Notes: generated by a model from the sequence alone, not told the origin. A DNA stretch of 64,000 nucleotides from Candidatus Sulfomarinibacteraceae bacterium (GCA_963796455.1 CAWCLO010000004.1:1024001-1088000); one strand, 5' to 3'. Counted from the stretch's first letter, positions 9,019 to 20,110 are shown. Made by a program: numbers and translations.

Positions 9019-10604
9019 TCGCGCTTTCAATCGACGGCCGGCCGGTGGAGGTTGCCGAGGGCACCAACCTGGTCGAGGCAGCAAAGGCCGCCGGCGTCGA
9101 GATACCGACCTATTGTTATCACCCGGGTCTGACGGTTGTCGGCCAGTGCCGGATCTGTTTTGTCGAGATCGAGGGCCTGCCGCGCCTGGTCACCGCCTGT
9201 TCGACCCCCGCCCAGAACGAGATGGTGGTTCTGACTGAGTCCGAGCGGGTCCGCGAAGCGCGCGCGGCGGTCATGGAGTTTCTGCTCGAAAACCACCCGC
9301 TCGACTGTCCGGTCTGCGACCAGGCAGGCGAATGCGGGCTGCAGGACTATTCGGTCGAACACGGACTCGACTCCACGCACATGATCGACGAACGCCGCCG
9401 CTACGCGGGCTTCGAACGTCGCCAGATCGGACCACACGTCGTTCAGAATCAGAACCGCTGCATCCATTGCACACGGTGTGTGAGATTTACCGAAGAAATA
9501 TCAGAAACCGCCGATCTGACAATGAAGTCGCGGGGCAACCATTCCTTCATCGACACCTTTGACGGCCGCCCGCTCGACAATCCATGGTCTGCGTGCGTCG
9601 CTGACGTGTGTCCTGTGGGTGCCCTGACCGTCACCGATTTCCGTTTCCGGGCTCGGGTCTGGCATCTGCAGGAAGCGCCATCGGTTTGCCCCGGTTGCAG
9701 TATCGGATGCAACACCCACCTGGGCCACCTCGACGGCGTCATTCACCGTTTCGTGCCTCGCCACAACCCCGAGATCAACGGTTGGTGGATGTGCGATTAC
9801 GGCCGGTTCCTTGCCGACGGTTTCAACAACCGAGACATCGATGTTCCGCTCCGTCGGTCTGATGAGGGTCTGCACGCAGTTTCGTGGAACCGTGCGCTCG
9901 AGATCCTGGCGGGACTGCTCCGGGTGGCAGCGCGGCCGTTGGTCATTGCATCCGCAAATATGAGCAACGAGGCGCTTTTTTCGATCAAACGAAACCTGAT
10001 CGAGCAGGAGGCCCTCGATGTCGTAGTGCCGGTCCACAGCGGTGAATCGCGTTCGATCAAGAACGCTGAGGGTCGGTGGCTGACAAGCACCGATGCCCAC
10101 CCCAACAGTACCGGCGCGCGAAGCCTGGGGTTGAATCTGATCGACGCCGCAAATCTCGAATCCTATCTCCGCGACGGCGACGGTCCGGTTTTGGTTCTCG
10201 ACGCCCACGCCCATCCCTGGTTGGTGTCATCCGCGGCCGCGGAGGCGGTCGCTGATCGCCCCACCGCTGTTTTCGCCCGTTCGAGCACCCCGCTCGTCGA
10301 ACAGGCCGCCCTGGTGTTGCCGCTTTCATCGTGGGCCGAGACCGAAGGAAGCTACACCTCGTCGACCGGGGTCGTCCAGCACGTTCAACGAACGCTTCGA
10401 CCGAAAGGACAGGCGCGCCCTGGGTGGGAGATTCTGTATCGCCTCGCGGTGTCGCTCGGCCACGACCAGGAGCGCATCATGTCGCCACGGATCCTGTTTG
10501 CCGAGATGGCTGCCGAAAGCCATGCCTTTTCGGGTATGAGCTATGGCGAGCTGGCAAGCGGTCATTGCCTCCGGCTGCGAGAGGAGGCCCGCGATGTGGG
10601 ATGA
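9015..10604 (+). CDS. nuoG: NADH-quinone oxidoreductase subunit G (short, 529 aa)
   Basis: IPTYCYHPGL, CRIC, NHPLDCPVCDQAGEC, CIHCTRC, CPVGAL, CPGCSIGC...WMCD. Confidence 0.92.
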   Translation: MIALSIDGRPVEVAEGTNLVEAAKAAGVEIPTYCYHPGLTVVGQCRICFVEIEGLPRLVTACSTPAQNEMVVLTESERVREARAAVMEFLLENHPLDCPVCDQAGECGLQDYSVEHGLDSTHMIDERRRYAGFERRQIGPHVVQNQNRCIHCTRCVRFTEEISETADLTMKSRGNHSFIDTFDGRPLDNPWSACVADVCPVGALTVTDFRFRARVWHLQEAPSVCPGCSIGCNTHLGHLDGVIHRFVPRHNPEINGWWMCDYGRFLADGFNNRDIDVPLRRSDEGLHAVSWNRALEILAGLLRVAARPLVIASANMSNEALFSIKRNLIEQEALDVVVPVHSGESRSIKNAEGRWLTSTDAHPNSTGARSLGLNLIDAANLESYLRDGDGPVLVLDAHAHPWLVSSAAAEAVADRPTAVFARSSTPLVEQAALVLPLSSWAETEGSYTSSTGVVQHVQRTLRPKGQARPGWEILYRLAVSLGHDQERIMSPRILFAEMAAESHAFSGMSYGELASGHCLRLREEARDVG

Positions 10605-11646
10605 CCTCCTCGTTACATGCATCAAACTCGCTTTTGGTTTTGCGGTTCTGCTGACCACGGTGCCGATCATGGTGTGGGTGGAACGCAGGGGCTCGGCACT
10701 GATCCAGGACCGCCTCGGTCCCAACCGGGTCGGGCCATTCGGCCTGTTGCAGCCGGTGGTCGATGTGGTCAAGCTCCTGACCAAGGAAAACATCTCACCG
10801 GCCGGTGTTCAAGGGGTCTTCTATGTTCTGGCGCCGATCATTGCGGTGGTCATCGCGCTCAGTACATTTATCGCCGTGCCCTTTGGCAACGACTCGGGTC
10901 TCGAGCTTTTTGGATACGAGGTCGATGGGTTCATCGTCGCCCCGGACCTCAATGTGGGGATCCTCTACATCTTTGCCATCGCCTCCCTCGGCGTCTACTC
11001 CCTGGTCCTCGCCGGGTGGTCCTCGGACAACAAATACGCCCTCTATGGTGGCATCCGCGCCTCTGCACAGGCCATTTCCTACGAACTTGCAATGACGATC
11101 GCGGTCGTCGGCGTGTTGATGACCGCCGGTTCACTTCACCTCCACCAGATCGTAGATTCTCAGACCGGAACCTGGCTGGGCATCCTGCCGAGGTGGAACC
11201 TCTTCACGCAGTTCCTCGGAGCGATCACCTTTATCGTGGCGGTCTTTGCCGAGACCAACCGTCTGCCATTCGACCTGCCGGAGGCGGAGGCGGAACTCGT
11301 CGCCGGCTACCACACGGAGTACTCTTCGATCCGCTTTGCAGCTTTCTATATGAGCGAGTACATCCACATGACCGTCGCCGCCGCGCTGATCACGATCCTC
11401 TTCCTCGGCGGTTGGAACCTTCCGTGGATCGATCTCTCCTTCGCGGGCTGGACCGGGGCATTGCTTTCGATGACCGTTTTCGCCGCCAAGGTCGCATTCC
11501 TGTTGTGGTTCTTCGTCTGGGTGCGCTGGACCCTCCCCCGCTTCAGATACGATCAACTCATGGCTCTTGGTTGGAAGGTCATGATCCCGCTGGCGATCAT
11601 GAATTTTTTGTGGGTCGGGGCCGCCATGGGCCTCGGATACCTCTAG
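10594..11646 (+). CDS. nuoH: NADH-quinone oxidoreductase subunit H
   Basis: [50 protein letters not shown]. Confidence 0.97.
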   Translation: MWDDLLVTCIKLAFGFAVLLTTVPIMVWVERRGSALIQDRLGPNRVGPFGLLQPVVDVVKLLTKENISPAGVQGVFYVLAPIIAVVIALSTFIAVPFGNDSGLELFGYEVDGFIVAPDLNVGILYIFAIASLGVYSLVLAGWSSDNKYALYGGIRASAQAISYELAMTIAVVGVLMTAGSLHLHQIVDSQTGTWLGILPRWNLFTQFLGAITFIVAVFAETNRLPFDLPEAEAELVAGYHTEYSSIRFAAFYMSEYIHMTVAAALITILFLGGWNLPWIDLSFAGWTGALLSMTVFAAKVAFLLWFFVWVRWTLPRFRYDQLMALGWKVMIPLAIMNFLWVGAAMGLGYL

Positions 11647-11655
11647 GGAGCACCG

Positions 11656-12159
11656 GTGGTCACCTACGCATTTCTCGCTGCAGCGGCCATCGCGGTCATT
11701 TTCGCCCTCCTGGCGGTGGTGCCGCGGAATCCGATGGTCAATGTGCTCTCCCTGGTCGTGATGTTTTTTGCCATGGCCGCGGTTTTTGCCATCCTGGGCA
11801 TGGATTTTCTGGCCGCCATCCAGGTCATCGTCTATTCCGGGGCGATCCTCGTTCTCTTCCTCTTCGTCGTGATGTTGCTCAATATCCGCAAAGTCGAGGC
11901 CTTTGGCAGCGGGCGAAAGATGCAGGCTCTGCTCGGGTCGCTCGTCGCGGCCGCGGTCGGCGCCATGGTCCTGGTGGTCGCCGGTCTGCTGATTCCCGAA
12001 CAGGGTTCGGTGCTCCCCGGCGCACTCGAACACGGCACCGCCATGCCGATCGGCCGGGCGCTGCTCAGCACCCATCTCCTGGCGTTCGAGTTCATCACCC
12101 TCCTCCTGGTCGCGGCCATCGTGGGTGCGGTGTACCTCGGGAAGAGAGAACTTCGATGA
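11656..12159 (+). CDS. nuoJ: NADH-quinone oxidoreductase subunit J
   Basis: [35 protein letters not shown]. Confidence 0.95.
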   Translation: MVTYAFLAAAAIAVIFALLAVVPRNPMVNVLSLVVMFFAMAAVFAILGMDFLAAIQVIVYSGAILVLFLFVVMLLNIRKVEAFGSGRKMQALLGSLVAAAVGAMVLVVAGLLIPEQGSVLPGALEHGTAMPIGRALLSTHLLAFEFITLLLVAAIVGAVYLGKRELR

Positions 12160-12503
12160 TCCCGGCAGAGATGGTTCCGGTTCCCTACACCTGGGTGCTC
12201 GCCCTGTCGGCCGTGCTCTTTGCCATCGGCACAATGGGGGTGCTCCTCAGACGCAACGGCATTGCCATCTTCTTGTCCCTGGAGATCATGCTCAATTCCG
12301 CCAATCTCGCTTTCGCCGCCTTTGCATTTCGAATGGCGTCGGCTCACTCGACCGCAGCCGCGGCAATCGACGGACAGATCTTCATCTTCTTCGTCATCGC
12401 TGTCGCAGCCGCCGAGGCGGCGGTCGGGCTCGCTTTATTTATTGCCGTCCACCGGCTCAAGGATTCCATCGATGTCGATCGCATCAACATACTGCGCTGG
12501 TAG
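12156..12503 (+). CDS. nuoK: NADH-quinone oxidoreductase subunit K
   Basis: [38 protein letters not shown] 12156 overlaps the nuoJ stop. Confidence 0.95.
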   Translation: MIPAEMVPVPYTWVLALSAVLFAIGTMGVLLRRNGIAIFLSLEIMLNSANLAFAAFAFRMASAHSTAAAAIDGQIFIFFVIAVAAAEAAVGLALFIAVHRLKDSIDVDRINILRW

Positions 12504-12509
12504 GGAATC

Positions 12510-14495
12510 GTGATTCTCGGTTCCCTGTGGTTGATTCCGGCTTGTTGCCTGGCCGGCGCGATCCTCAACCTTGTATTTGGTGCGCTCAAGGCGCCCAAGG
12601 GGCTGGTCACGCTTGTCGGCGTCGGCTCGGTCGGGGGTTCGACGATACTCGCTTATGGGGCGCTCTGGGAGTATCTCAATCACACTGAAGTGATCATTAT
12701 CGAGCGCTATTTCACCTGGATTTCGGCAGGATCGATCACCGTCAATGCGTCCTTTCTCCTCGATCCCCTGTCGGCGGTGATGCTGGCCTTTGTCACCCTG
12801 GTAGGTTTTCTGATCCATATCTACTCGGTCGGCTACATGCACGACGAGTCGGATCCGGGTTATGCGCGTTATTTCGCCTATCTCAATCTCTTCATGTTTT
12901 CGATGCTGGTCCTCATCCTCGGATCCAACCTCCCGGTCCTTTTTGTTGGCTGGGAGGGTGTCGGCCTGTGCTCCTACCTCCTGATCGGTTTCTACTACCA
13001 AAAAGAGTGGTGCGCCTCCGCCGGCAAAAAGGCCTTCATCGTCAACCGGATCGGCGACCTCGGCTTTCTGCTGGCGATCTTCGCGGTTCTCGCGATCTTC
13101 GGCAGTACGGAATTCATGCACTTCCTTCCCGAAGCCGCCGCCCACCCGGGCAGTCATACCGCCGCCATCACCCTGATCGCGCTTTTGCTCTTTGTCGGCG
13201 CGATCGGCAAATCGGCTCAGATCCCGCTCTATGTGTGGCTGCCGGATGCGATGGCTGGGCCGACACCGGTCTCAGCTCTCATTCACGCCGCAACCATGGT
13301 CACCGCCGGGGTCTACATGGTCGTGCGATGTAACGTCATCTATCGCCTCAGCCCGACGGCAATGTTGGTGGTCGCCGTTGTCGGCGGCGCGACAGCACTC
13401 TTTGCCGCCACCATCGGTCTGGTCCAGAACGACATCAAAAAGGTCCTCGCCTATTCGACCGTGTCCCAGCTCGGCTATATGTTCCTCGCCGCCGGCGTCG
13501 GCGCCTGGGTCGCGGCCATATTTCACGTCCTGACCCACGCCTTCTTCAAGGCTTGTCTCTTCCTCGGGTCGGGCTCGGTGATCCACGCGTGTTCGGGCGA
13601 ACAGGACATACGGCAGATGGGTGGTCTTCGGAAATACATGCCGACCACCTACTGGACCTTTCTGACCGCCACCCTGGCGATCTCCGGGATCCCGATCTTC
13701 GCCGGGTTTTTCTCCAAGGACGAGATTCTGGCCAAGGCCTTCGAAGCCGGTGCCTCAGACCTCAACCATCTCGGCAATATCTACTATGCCCTGTGGGGCC
13801 TGGCGATGGTTGCCGCGCTGTTGACAGCCTTCTACATGTTTCGCCTCGTCTTCGTGACCTTCCACGGGACCTACCGCGGAGGCGAAGACGCCGAACACCA
13901 TCTCCACGAATCGCCGCGGTCCATGACCGTTCCGCTGATTGTTTTGGCGGTGTTTTCGACCATCGGGGGCCTGGTCGGTTTTCCGGGCAAGCTCTTCGGG
14001 CACTCTGAGTGGAACCTCATCGAGAGCTTTTTGCAGCCCATATTGCTGCCGATCGGGGTCGCAATCGAGCATTCCGGTGATCCTGCGGGTCATCACGCCG
14101 TCAGCATCGGTCTCGAGTGGGGGCTGGTCCTGTGCTCGGTGCTGGTTGCGGTGATGGGAATATGGATTGCCGCCCGCTTCTACCTCGGCGACCGGTCCTT
14201 CGAACGATCCCGTCGTCTGGCTGAGGCCCTGCCCATGGCCCACAAACTTCTCTTTAACAAATACTGGATCGATGAGATCTACGCCGTGCTCCTCATTCGC
14301 CCGATCCACGTCTTTGCGGTCCTTTGTTGGAAAGTGATCGACGAACTCGTGATCGACACGATTTTTGTCAACGGCGCGGCCTTTACGGTCGAACTCACCG
14401 GAGATTTGATGCGATTTACCACCACGGGGAACGTGCGCAACTATGCGCTGTCGGTAGCCCTGGCGGTCGCCGTCCTGGCCGCGTGGTTGTGGTGA
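12510..14495 (+). CDS. nuoL: NADH-quinone oxidoreductase subunit L
   Basis: GWEGVGLCSYLLIGF, NRIGD, WLPDAMAGPTPVSALIHAATMV, THAFFKACLFL. Confidence 0.97.
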   Translation: MILGSLWLIPACCLAGAILNLVFGALKAPKGLVTLVGVGSVGGSTILAYGALWEYLNHTEVIIIERYFTWISAGSITVNASFLLDPLSAVMLAFVTLVGFLIHIYSVGYMHDESDPGYARYFAYLNLFMFSMLVLILGSNLPVLFVGWEGVGLCSYLLIGFYYQKEWCASAGKKAFIVNRIGDLGFLLAIFAVLAIFGSTEFMHFLPEAAAHPGSHTAAITLIALLLFVGAIGKSAQIPLYVWLPDAMAGPTPVSALIHAATMVTAGVYMVVRCNVIYRLSPTAMLVVAVVGGATALFAATIGLVQNDIKKVLAYSTVSQLGYMFLAAGVGAWVAAIFHVLTHAFFKACLFLGSGSVIHACSGEQDIRQMGGLRKYMPTTYWTFLTATLAISGIPIFAGFFSKDEILAKAFEAGASDLNHLGNIYYALWGLAMVAALLTAFYMFRLVFVTFHGTYRGGEDAEHHLHESPRSMTVPLIVLAVFSTIGGLVGFPGKLFGHSEWNLIESFLQPILLPIGVAIEHSGDPAGHHAVSIGLEWGLVLCSVLVAVMGIWIAARFYLGDRSFERSRRLAEALPMAHKLLFNKYWIDEIYAVLLIRPIHVFAVLCWKVIDELVIDTIFVNGAAFTVELTGDLMRFTTTGNVRNYALSVALAVAVLAAWLW

Positions 14496-14507
14496 GGGGG
14501 TGGCTCG

Positions 14508-16004
14508 ATGATCAATGACCACGCCCTGTCGATCGTTCTCCTCATCCCGACGATCTTTGCGATCGTACTGCTGCCGATCCCGATGCAGTGGAAAAAGGTC
14601 CACCGGGTCATCACACTCATCGCCTCGGTTGCCATGTTCGTTTTCTCCATCCGTCTGTGGATCAACTTCGACCCCAACGATCCCGGCTTTCAATTCGTCA
14701 ACATCTACCCCTGGATTCCTCAATTCGGCATCAATTATCACGTCGGGTTGGATGGCATTTCCCTGCTTCTGGTCATGCTGACCACGTTCCTCCTGCCGGT
14801 GGTCGTGCTGGCGGCGTGGTCCCTGAACATCCAGCACATCAAGTCGCTCCACATCACCTTTCTCCTTTTGACGACGGGAATGATCGGCACCTTTGTTTCT
14901 CTCGATCTCTTCCTTTTCTACGTCTTCTGGGAGATCACCCTGATCCCGATGTATTTCATCATCGGCGTCTGGGGAGGACCGCGCCGGGTCTACGCCGCTG
15001 TGAAATTCTTCATCTTCACGATGGTGGGTTCGGTGCTGATGCTGGTGGCGGTTCTTTATCTTGTCTGGTTCCACCACCAACAAACCGGTATCTGGACCTA
15101 CGGGTATCTCGACCTCTTGACGACTGCGCCGTTGTTGACGACCTCGGGAGGTTGGTTGGCGCCCGGGTTGCTGGTTTTTGCGGCCTTCGGACTGGCCTTT
15201 GCGATCAAGGTCCCGATCTTTCCCTTCCATACCTGGCTCCCGGACGCACACGTCGAAGCGCCCACCACCGGGTCGGTTTTTCTCGCCGGTGTCCTGCTCA
15301 AGATGGGCACTTACGGTCTGCTGCGTTTCAATCGCGCGCTCCTGCCTGATGCGTGGGAGATCTTTGTTCCGTTCATGGTCGTTTTGGCGGTTATCGGAAT
15401 TATCTATGGCGCCCTGGTCGCCATGGTGCAGCCGGATGTCAAAAAGCTGGTGGCCTATTCATCCGTAAGCCACATGGGATTTATCATCCTCGGCCTCGCC
15501 GCCGGCTCTCAGGCATCAACCCAGGGCGCGATCATTCAAATGGTGAATCACGGTCTGACGACCGGGGCCCTCTTTCTGCTGGTCGGAATGATTTACGAGC
15601 GCACCTATTCGCGTGAGATTTCGGATTTTGGCGGCATCGCAAAGCGGATGCCGATCTACACCGGGATCTTCTTGTTGGTCACCCTGGGATCCATCGGTTT
15701 GCCCGGTCTCAACGGTTTCGTCGGTGAGTTCCTGATTCTCGCGGGCTCGTGGTCCCGCTTCCCGGTTGCGGTGGCAATTGCCGGTCTCGGAATCGTCCTT
15801 GGGGCCGTCTACATGCTGTGGATGGTCCAGCGGGTCTTCTGGGGGCCCCTTGACAGCCCGGTCACCCAGAAGATGGCCGATATCACCCTCCGCGAAGTCG
15901 TGGTCATCCTTCCTCTCGTGGTCATGATCATCTGGATCGGTGTCTATCCAATCACCTTCCTCTCCCCGATGGAGGCCGCGGTGCGCCTCCTTCTGACGCG
16001 GTGA
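14508..16004 (+). CDS. nuoM: NADH-quinone oxidoreductase subunit M
   Basis: FWEITLIPMY, HTWLPDAHVEAPT, LLKMGTYG, AYSSVSHMG, GFVGEF. Confidence 0.97.
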   Translation: MINDHALSIVLLIPTIFAIVLLPIPMQWKKVHRVITLIASVAMFVFSIRLWINFDPNDPGFQFVNIYPWIPQFGINYHVGLDGISLLLVMLTTFLLPVVVLAAWSLNIQHIKSLHITFLLLTTGMIGTFVSLDLFLFYVFWEITLIPMYFIIGVWGGPRRVYAAVKFFIFTMVGSVLMLVAVLYLVWFHHQQTGIWTYGYLDLLTTAPLLTTSGGWLAPGLLVFAAFGLAFAIKVPIFPFHTWLPDAHVEAPTTGSVFLAGVLLKMGTYGLLRFNRALLPDAWEIFVPFMVVLAVIGIIYGALVAMVQPDVKKLVAYSSVSHMGFIILGLAAGSQASTQGAIIQMVNHGLTTGALFLLVGMIYERTYSREISDFGGIAKRMPIYTGIFLLVTLGSIGLPGLNGFVGEFLILAGSWSRFPVAVAIAGLGIVLGAVYMLWMVQRVFWGPLDSPVTQKMADITLREVVVILPLVVMIIWIGVYPITFLSPMEAAVRLLLTR

Positions 16005-16012
16005 AGGGAATC

Positions 16013-17461
16013 ATGTACACACCTACCCATGCCGATTTGGTTGCGATCGCCCCGCAGATCATCCTCGCCCTGATGGCGGGCATTCTGCTGGTCGTTGAGG
16101 CTTTTCTCCCCAGGATTCGCAGAGCCTGCGCCGAAATCGCGATTCTCGCTGTGCTCGCCGCGATCTGGGCAAGGCTTCACTTCGACTTTCCAGGCGAGGT
16201 CTGGTACGGAATGTTGCGAGTCGACCAGCTGGCCGCATTTGTTGATCTCTACATTCTCGCTGCATTGCTGCTCTCGTTGTGGATCGCGGGCCCGTTTCTA
16301 CGCCGGATCGGTGCCGATCATGGAGAGTTCTATTCCCTGATGTTGTTGGCCACGGCAGGCGCGATGGTGATGGCTTCCTCGATCCATCTCCTGCCGCTCT
16401 TCCTCGGGCTCGAGTTGCTTTCGATCCCACTCTACGTCCTCAACGCATTCCTCCGTCGTTGTGAGGTGAGCGTCGAAGCAGGGCTCAAATACTTCGTTGT
16501 CGGGTCCTTTGCCTCCGCCTTCGTGCTTTATGGTATGGCTCTTTTGTTCGGATCCGCAGCCAGCATGAACCTCGAAGAGATCGGCCGCCAGGTTGTCGCC
16601 ACGGGAAGCCTGACCCCCTTGGTAGCCGTCGGTCTGGCGATGGTCGTCGGGGGTCTGGCGTTCAAACTCGCGATCGTCCCCTGCCACGCCTGGGCGCCCG
16701 ATGTTTATCAGGGCAGTCCGACTCCGGTGACCGCATACCTCTCGGTGGTGCCGAAAGGAGCTGCGTTGGTGGTCTTGCTTCGTGTCGCCGAGAGCATGGA
16801 TCTTCTCCACCTTTCACAAAGTTGGGTGTTGGCTCTCAGCATCGCGGCGGTGGCGTCGCAGTTTATCGGCAATATCGTCGCTATCGTCCAACGCGACATC
16901 AAACGAATGTTGGCCTATTCCGGCATTGCGCACATGGGTTATGCACTGGTTGGGATCCTGGTCGCCGGCTCCGATGGCGGCGCCTCGGTATTGGTATACC
17001 TCGCCGGCTATGCCCTGATGAACATGGGCGCGTTTGCATGCATCGCCATGTTTTCCGAGCGGGAAGACAAACCCCATCTCATTTCGGATCTCCAGGGGCA
17101 GGGATATCGGCGGCCCATCGCCGCCCTCGCCCTCACGGTATGTCTCTTCTCCCTGGCCGGGGTGCCACCGTTTCTCGGGTTCACCGGAAAATTCATGGTT
17201 TTCCGGGCCGCCGTCAACCAGGGATTCGTGCTTCTGGCCGTGATTGGGATGTTGAATTCGCTGATCTCCGCGTTTTATTATCTGCGGGTGATCTACGCGA
17301 TGTATATGCAACCCCTACCGCGCCGGGAGCCATCCTTCCTGCCCTCGTTTCAGATCGCGGCAGCGGCTGCCGTCGCGGCACTGGGCGTTTTGTTGCTGGG
17401 CATCTATCCGACCCCCTTGCTCACAGTGGCTCAGACAGCGATACTGGGTCTAGTGAGGTAG
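16013..17461 (+). CDS. nuoN: NADH-quinone oxidoreductase subunit N
   Basis: EAGLKYF, HAWAPDVYQGSPTP, KRMLAYSGIAHMG, SLAGVPP. Start is ATG 16013 or GTG 16001. Confidence 0.97.
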   Translation: MYTPTHADLVAIAPQIILALMAGILLVVEAFLPRIRRACAEIAILAVLAAIWARLHFDFPGEVWYGMLRVDQLAAFVDLYILAALLLSLWIAGPFLRRIGADHGEFYSLMLLATAGAMVMASSIHLLPLFLGLELLSIPLYVLNAFLRRCEVSVEAGLKYFVVGSFASAFVLYGMALLFGSAASMNLEEIGRQVVATGSLTPLVAVGLAMVVGGLAFKLAIVPCHAWAPDVYQGSPTPVTAYLSVVPKGAALVVLLRVAESMDLLHLSQSWVLALSIAAVASQFIGNIVAIVQRDIKRMLAYSGIAHMGYALVGILVAGSDGGASVLVYLAGYALMNMGAFACIAMFSEREDKPHLISDLQGQGYRRPIAALALTVCLFSLAGVPPFLGFTGKFMVFRAAVNQGFVLLAVIGMLNSLISAFYYLRVIYAMYMQPLPRREPSFLPSFQIAAAAAVAALGVLLLGIYPTPLLTVAQTAILGLVR

Positions 17462-17464
17462 CGG

Positions 17465-18121
17465 ATGGTTGCATACAAACGTCACATCGATACCAGTAAT
17501 ATTTCAGAACTCACGATTTCGCGGCTGTCGATCTATCTGCGCTGTGTCGACCAGTTGCTCGAGTCCGGAGTCGATACCGTCTCGAGCCAGGAACTGGCGG
17601 AACGCTTCAATCTCAATTCCGCGCAGATTCGCAAAGACCTCGCCTACTTCGGTGAGTTCGGCGTGCGCGGCGTGGGCTATAACGTCAGCGAGCTGAGACA
17701 GTATGTCGTCGAGATCCTCGGTCTCGACCGCGAACGCCGGTTGCTGATCGTCGGTGCCGGCAATCTCGGGAGCGCGCTCTGCCACTACTCGGGTTTTTCC
17801 GGCGGGAACTTCCTGGTGGTGGGGGTTCTCGATTCGGATCCAACGAGGATCGGTGATGCGACTCCGGCGGGGCTTTTGGTGGAAGACTCGGAGCGTTTGT
17901 CCGAAATCGTCGTGCAACGAAACGTCGAAATCGGTATCATCACCACACCGGCGGCCTCCGCCCAGGCGGTCTGCGATCAGATGGTTGAAGCGGGGCTGCG
18001 GACAATTCTCAACTTTGCGCCGGTTCGCGTGCGCGCCCCCGAGGGGGTTCTCGCCAAGACCGTCGACCTCAAGGTCTACCTGGAAGAACTGAGCTTCTTT
18101 CTGGCTCACGTCGAGGACTGA
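17465..18121 (+). CDS. rex: Redox-sensing transcriptional repressor Rex
   Basis: RLSIYLR, SSQELAE, QIRKDLAYFGEFGVRGVGYNV, GAGNLG Rossmann motif, ILNFAP. Confidence 0.96.
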   Translation: MVAYKRHIDTSNISELTISRLSIYLRCVDQLLESGVDTVSSQELAERFNLNSAQIRKDLAYFGEFGVRGVGYNVSELRQYVVEILGLDRERRLLIVGAGNLGSALCHYSGFSGGNFLVVGVLDSDPTRIGDATPAGLLVEDSERLSEIVVQRNVEIGIITTPAASAQAVCDQMVEAGLRTILNFAPVRVRAPEGVLAKTVDLKVYLEELSFFLAHVED

Positions 18122-18329
18122 AGCCGAAGGCGTGACCGATGGATCAGGATGTTTCGGGTCCGTGCGTTCCGGAAAAAGGTTGCAGAGTCTGGTCTACGTC
18201 TCCCGCCAATTCCGCCCGGCCGGCCGCTCGCGGTCGGATCCTCTCAACCCTTGATCTTTCACTTTCGCCCGACCCGATAGCTGCCTGCGGCCCTAGCTAA
18301 GATCAAACTGATCAGCTAAAGTACAACGG

Positions 18330-20033
18330 ATGGAGACGCCGGAAAAAATTGGTAAGTATGAGGTGATCGAGAAGATTGCCGTCGGCGGATTCGGCGTGAT
18401 CTTCAAGGGCTGGGACCCTTTTATCAAGCGCACCGTGGCGATCAAGATGTGCGCCACGCCCGACGACGAAGTGCGACAGCGCTTCCAGCAAGAGGCCGAA
18501 TTCGTCGGCAATCTCGTGCACCGCAACATCACGCTCGTATTCGATTACGGCGTCGAGGACGACGTGCCGTACATCGTTCAGGAGTTCCTCTCCGGCTACG
18601 ACCTCGATGAACTTCTCAAGGCGGGTGTGGTCGCCGACGAAAACACGATCGTTTCGATCCTGCTTCAGATCTGCGAAGGGCTGGAGTTCGCCCATGACAA
18701 AGGAATCGTTCACCGCGATATCAAACCGTCGAACATCCGCGTCCTCGAGGACGGCACCGTCAAGATCATGGATTTCGGGATCGCCAAATCGGTGCTGGCA
18801 TCGAGCAAACTGACCCAGACCGGCATTGCGCTCGGAACCGCCGGCTATCTTGCTCCAGAACAGATTCAGGGCAAACCGATCGACGCCCGCACCGATATCT
18901 TCGCCCTTGGGGTGGTCGCCTACGAGCTGGTAACCGGCATCAGGCCGTTCGAAAGCGCCACTCTCAGCAACGTCCTCTACAAGATCCTCAACGAAGAACC
19001 GGCCGATCCTTCCGACGTCGGCGGCCAATGTTCACAACAGCTCGAGACCATGATCCGGCGGACCATGGCCAAGGAGCCCGAGGACCGCTATCAGTCCACC
19101 AACGAGCTTCTCAACGATCTTCGCCAGGTCGCCCTCGAATCGGCGCCCGACGTCGGCAGCACCAAAGAGCTGACCACCGGAGTGATTCGGCGCGCCATGC
19201 AGGGAATGGACTCACGAGGCGAGGACAGCCAGGCGCCTACCGCCCGGGTCGCCACACCGCGATCCCAACAAACAAAACCGACGCCGCAGCCGAGTTCGCG
19301 GCCCACACCGCAGGCAACCAAGCTCCACCGGACGCCACAACCTGCCCAGGAAGACCGGGAGCGACGCAGCCTGGTCCCGGTTATTTTTCTGGTTCTTGTG
19401 GTTTTGTTGATCGGCGCCGGAGCCGCGCTGTATTTCTCGAAAGACGCCCAGGACCTCGTTTTTGGCGAGGCCGGCGCACCGTGGATTCCGACACCGACTG
19501 CAACACCGACGATGACCCCGACGCCGACCAGCACCGCACGTCCGACAACCACCCCAACCGCGACGCCGGAACCGAGCCCGACCTCCACTCCGTCGCCGGT
19601 CCAGGTCAGGTTGATCATTGACCCGCCTGCCCAGGTGACGGTGGATGGCCGCTCGCCACTTGGAACAGGACGCACGCCGGGAGGAACCATCAGGCTCTCT
19701 CCAGGAACCCACACCTTTACCTTGTCGCTCCCGGATTTCCCGAAACGGACCGTCAACAGAACGGTTCCGCCCGGAGGCGGCAAAATCATCCTGAACCTCG
19801 AAATCGGACAGCTGTCGGTTCTTGCCGAGCCGGGCGTGACCCCCACGGGTGGCGTCGTCTATCTCGACGGGAACGCACTCGGACCTGTTCCGCTGGTCCG
19901 AGCCAAGGTGCCGGCGGGCGAACATGAGTTGATCGTTCGATGGAATGGTGTGATGCCCTACAAAAAGACCATTGTTGTTCCACAACTTCCCAATCCGGGA
20001 ATTCGCATCGTGGCGATCCCACCGTCTGAATAG
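18330..20033 (+). CDS. Ser/Thr protein kinase with TM helix, Pro/Thr linker and PEGA-like C-terminal domains
   Basis: VAIK, HRDIKPSN, DFG, GTAGYLAPEQ; TM near aa 350-370; TPTATP repeats. Confidence 0.92.
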   Translation: METPEKIGKYEVIEKIAVGGFGVIFKGWDPFIKRTVAIKMCATPDDEVRQRFQQEAEFVGNLVHRNITLVFDYGVEDDVPYIVQEFLSGYDLDELLKAGVVADENTIVSILLQICEGLEFAHDKGIVHRDIKPSNIRVLEDGTVKIMDFGIAKSVLASSKLTQTGIALGTAGYLAPEQIQGKPIDARTDIFALGVVAYELVTGIRPFESATLSNVLYKILNEEPADPSDVGGQCSQQLETMIRRTMAKEPEDRYQSTNELLNDLRQVALESAPDVGSTKELTTGVIRRAMQGMDSRGEDSQAPTARVATPRSQQTKPTPQPSSRPTPQATKLHRTPQPAQEDRERRSLVPVIFLVLVVLLIGAGAALYFSKDAQDLVFGEAGAPWIPTPTATPTMTPTPTSTARPTTTPTATPEPSPTSTPSPVQVRLIIDPPAQVTVDGRSPLGTGRTPGGTIRLSPGTHTFTLSLPDFPKRTVNRTVPPGGGKIILNLEIGQLSVLAEPGVTPTGGVVYLDGNALGPVPLVRAKVPAGEHELIVRWNGVMPYKKTIVVPQLPNPGIRIVAIPPSE

Positions 20034-20110
20034 GATCAGCCTTCTCGGCTCGAGGTATAGGCGATTGACGTAACGTAGACCTCGCAGCCAAAACACGTTA
20101 CAGTTGGCCC

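Noticed and set aside
10617..12155. 628-aa ORF overlapping nuoH and nuoJ
   Set aside because: Only its last 115 codons (from ATG 12156) are nuoK; the rest is an off-frame shadow.
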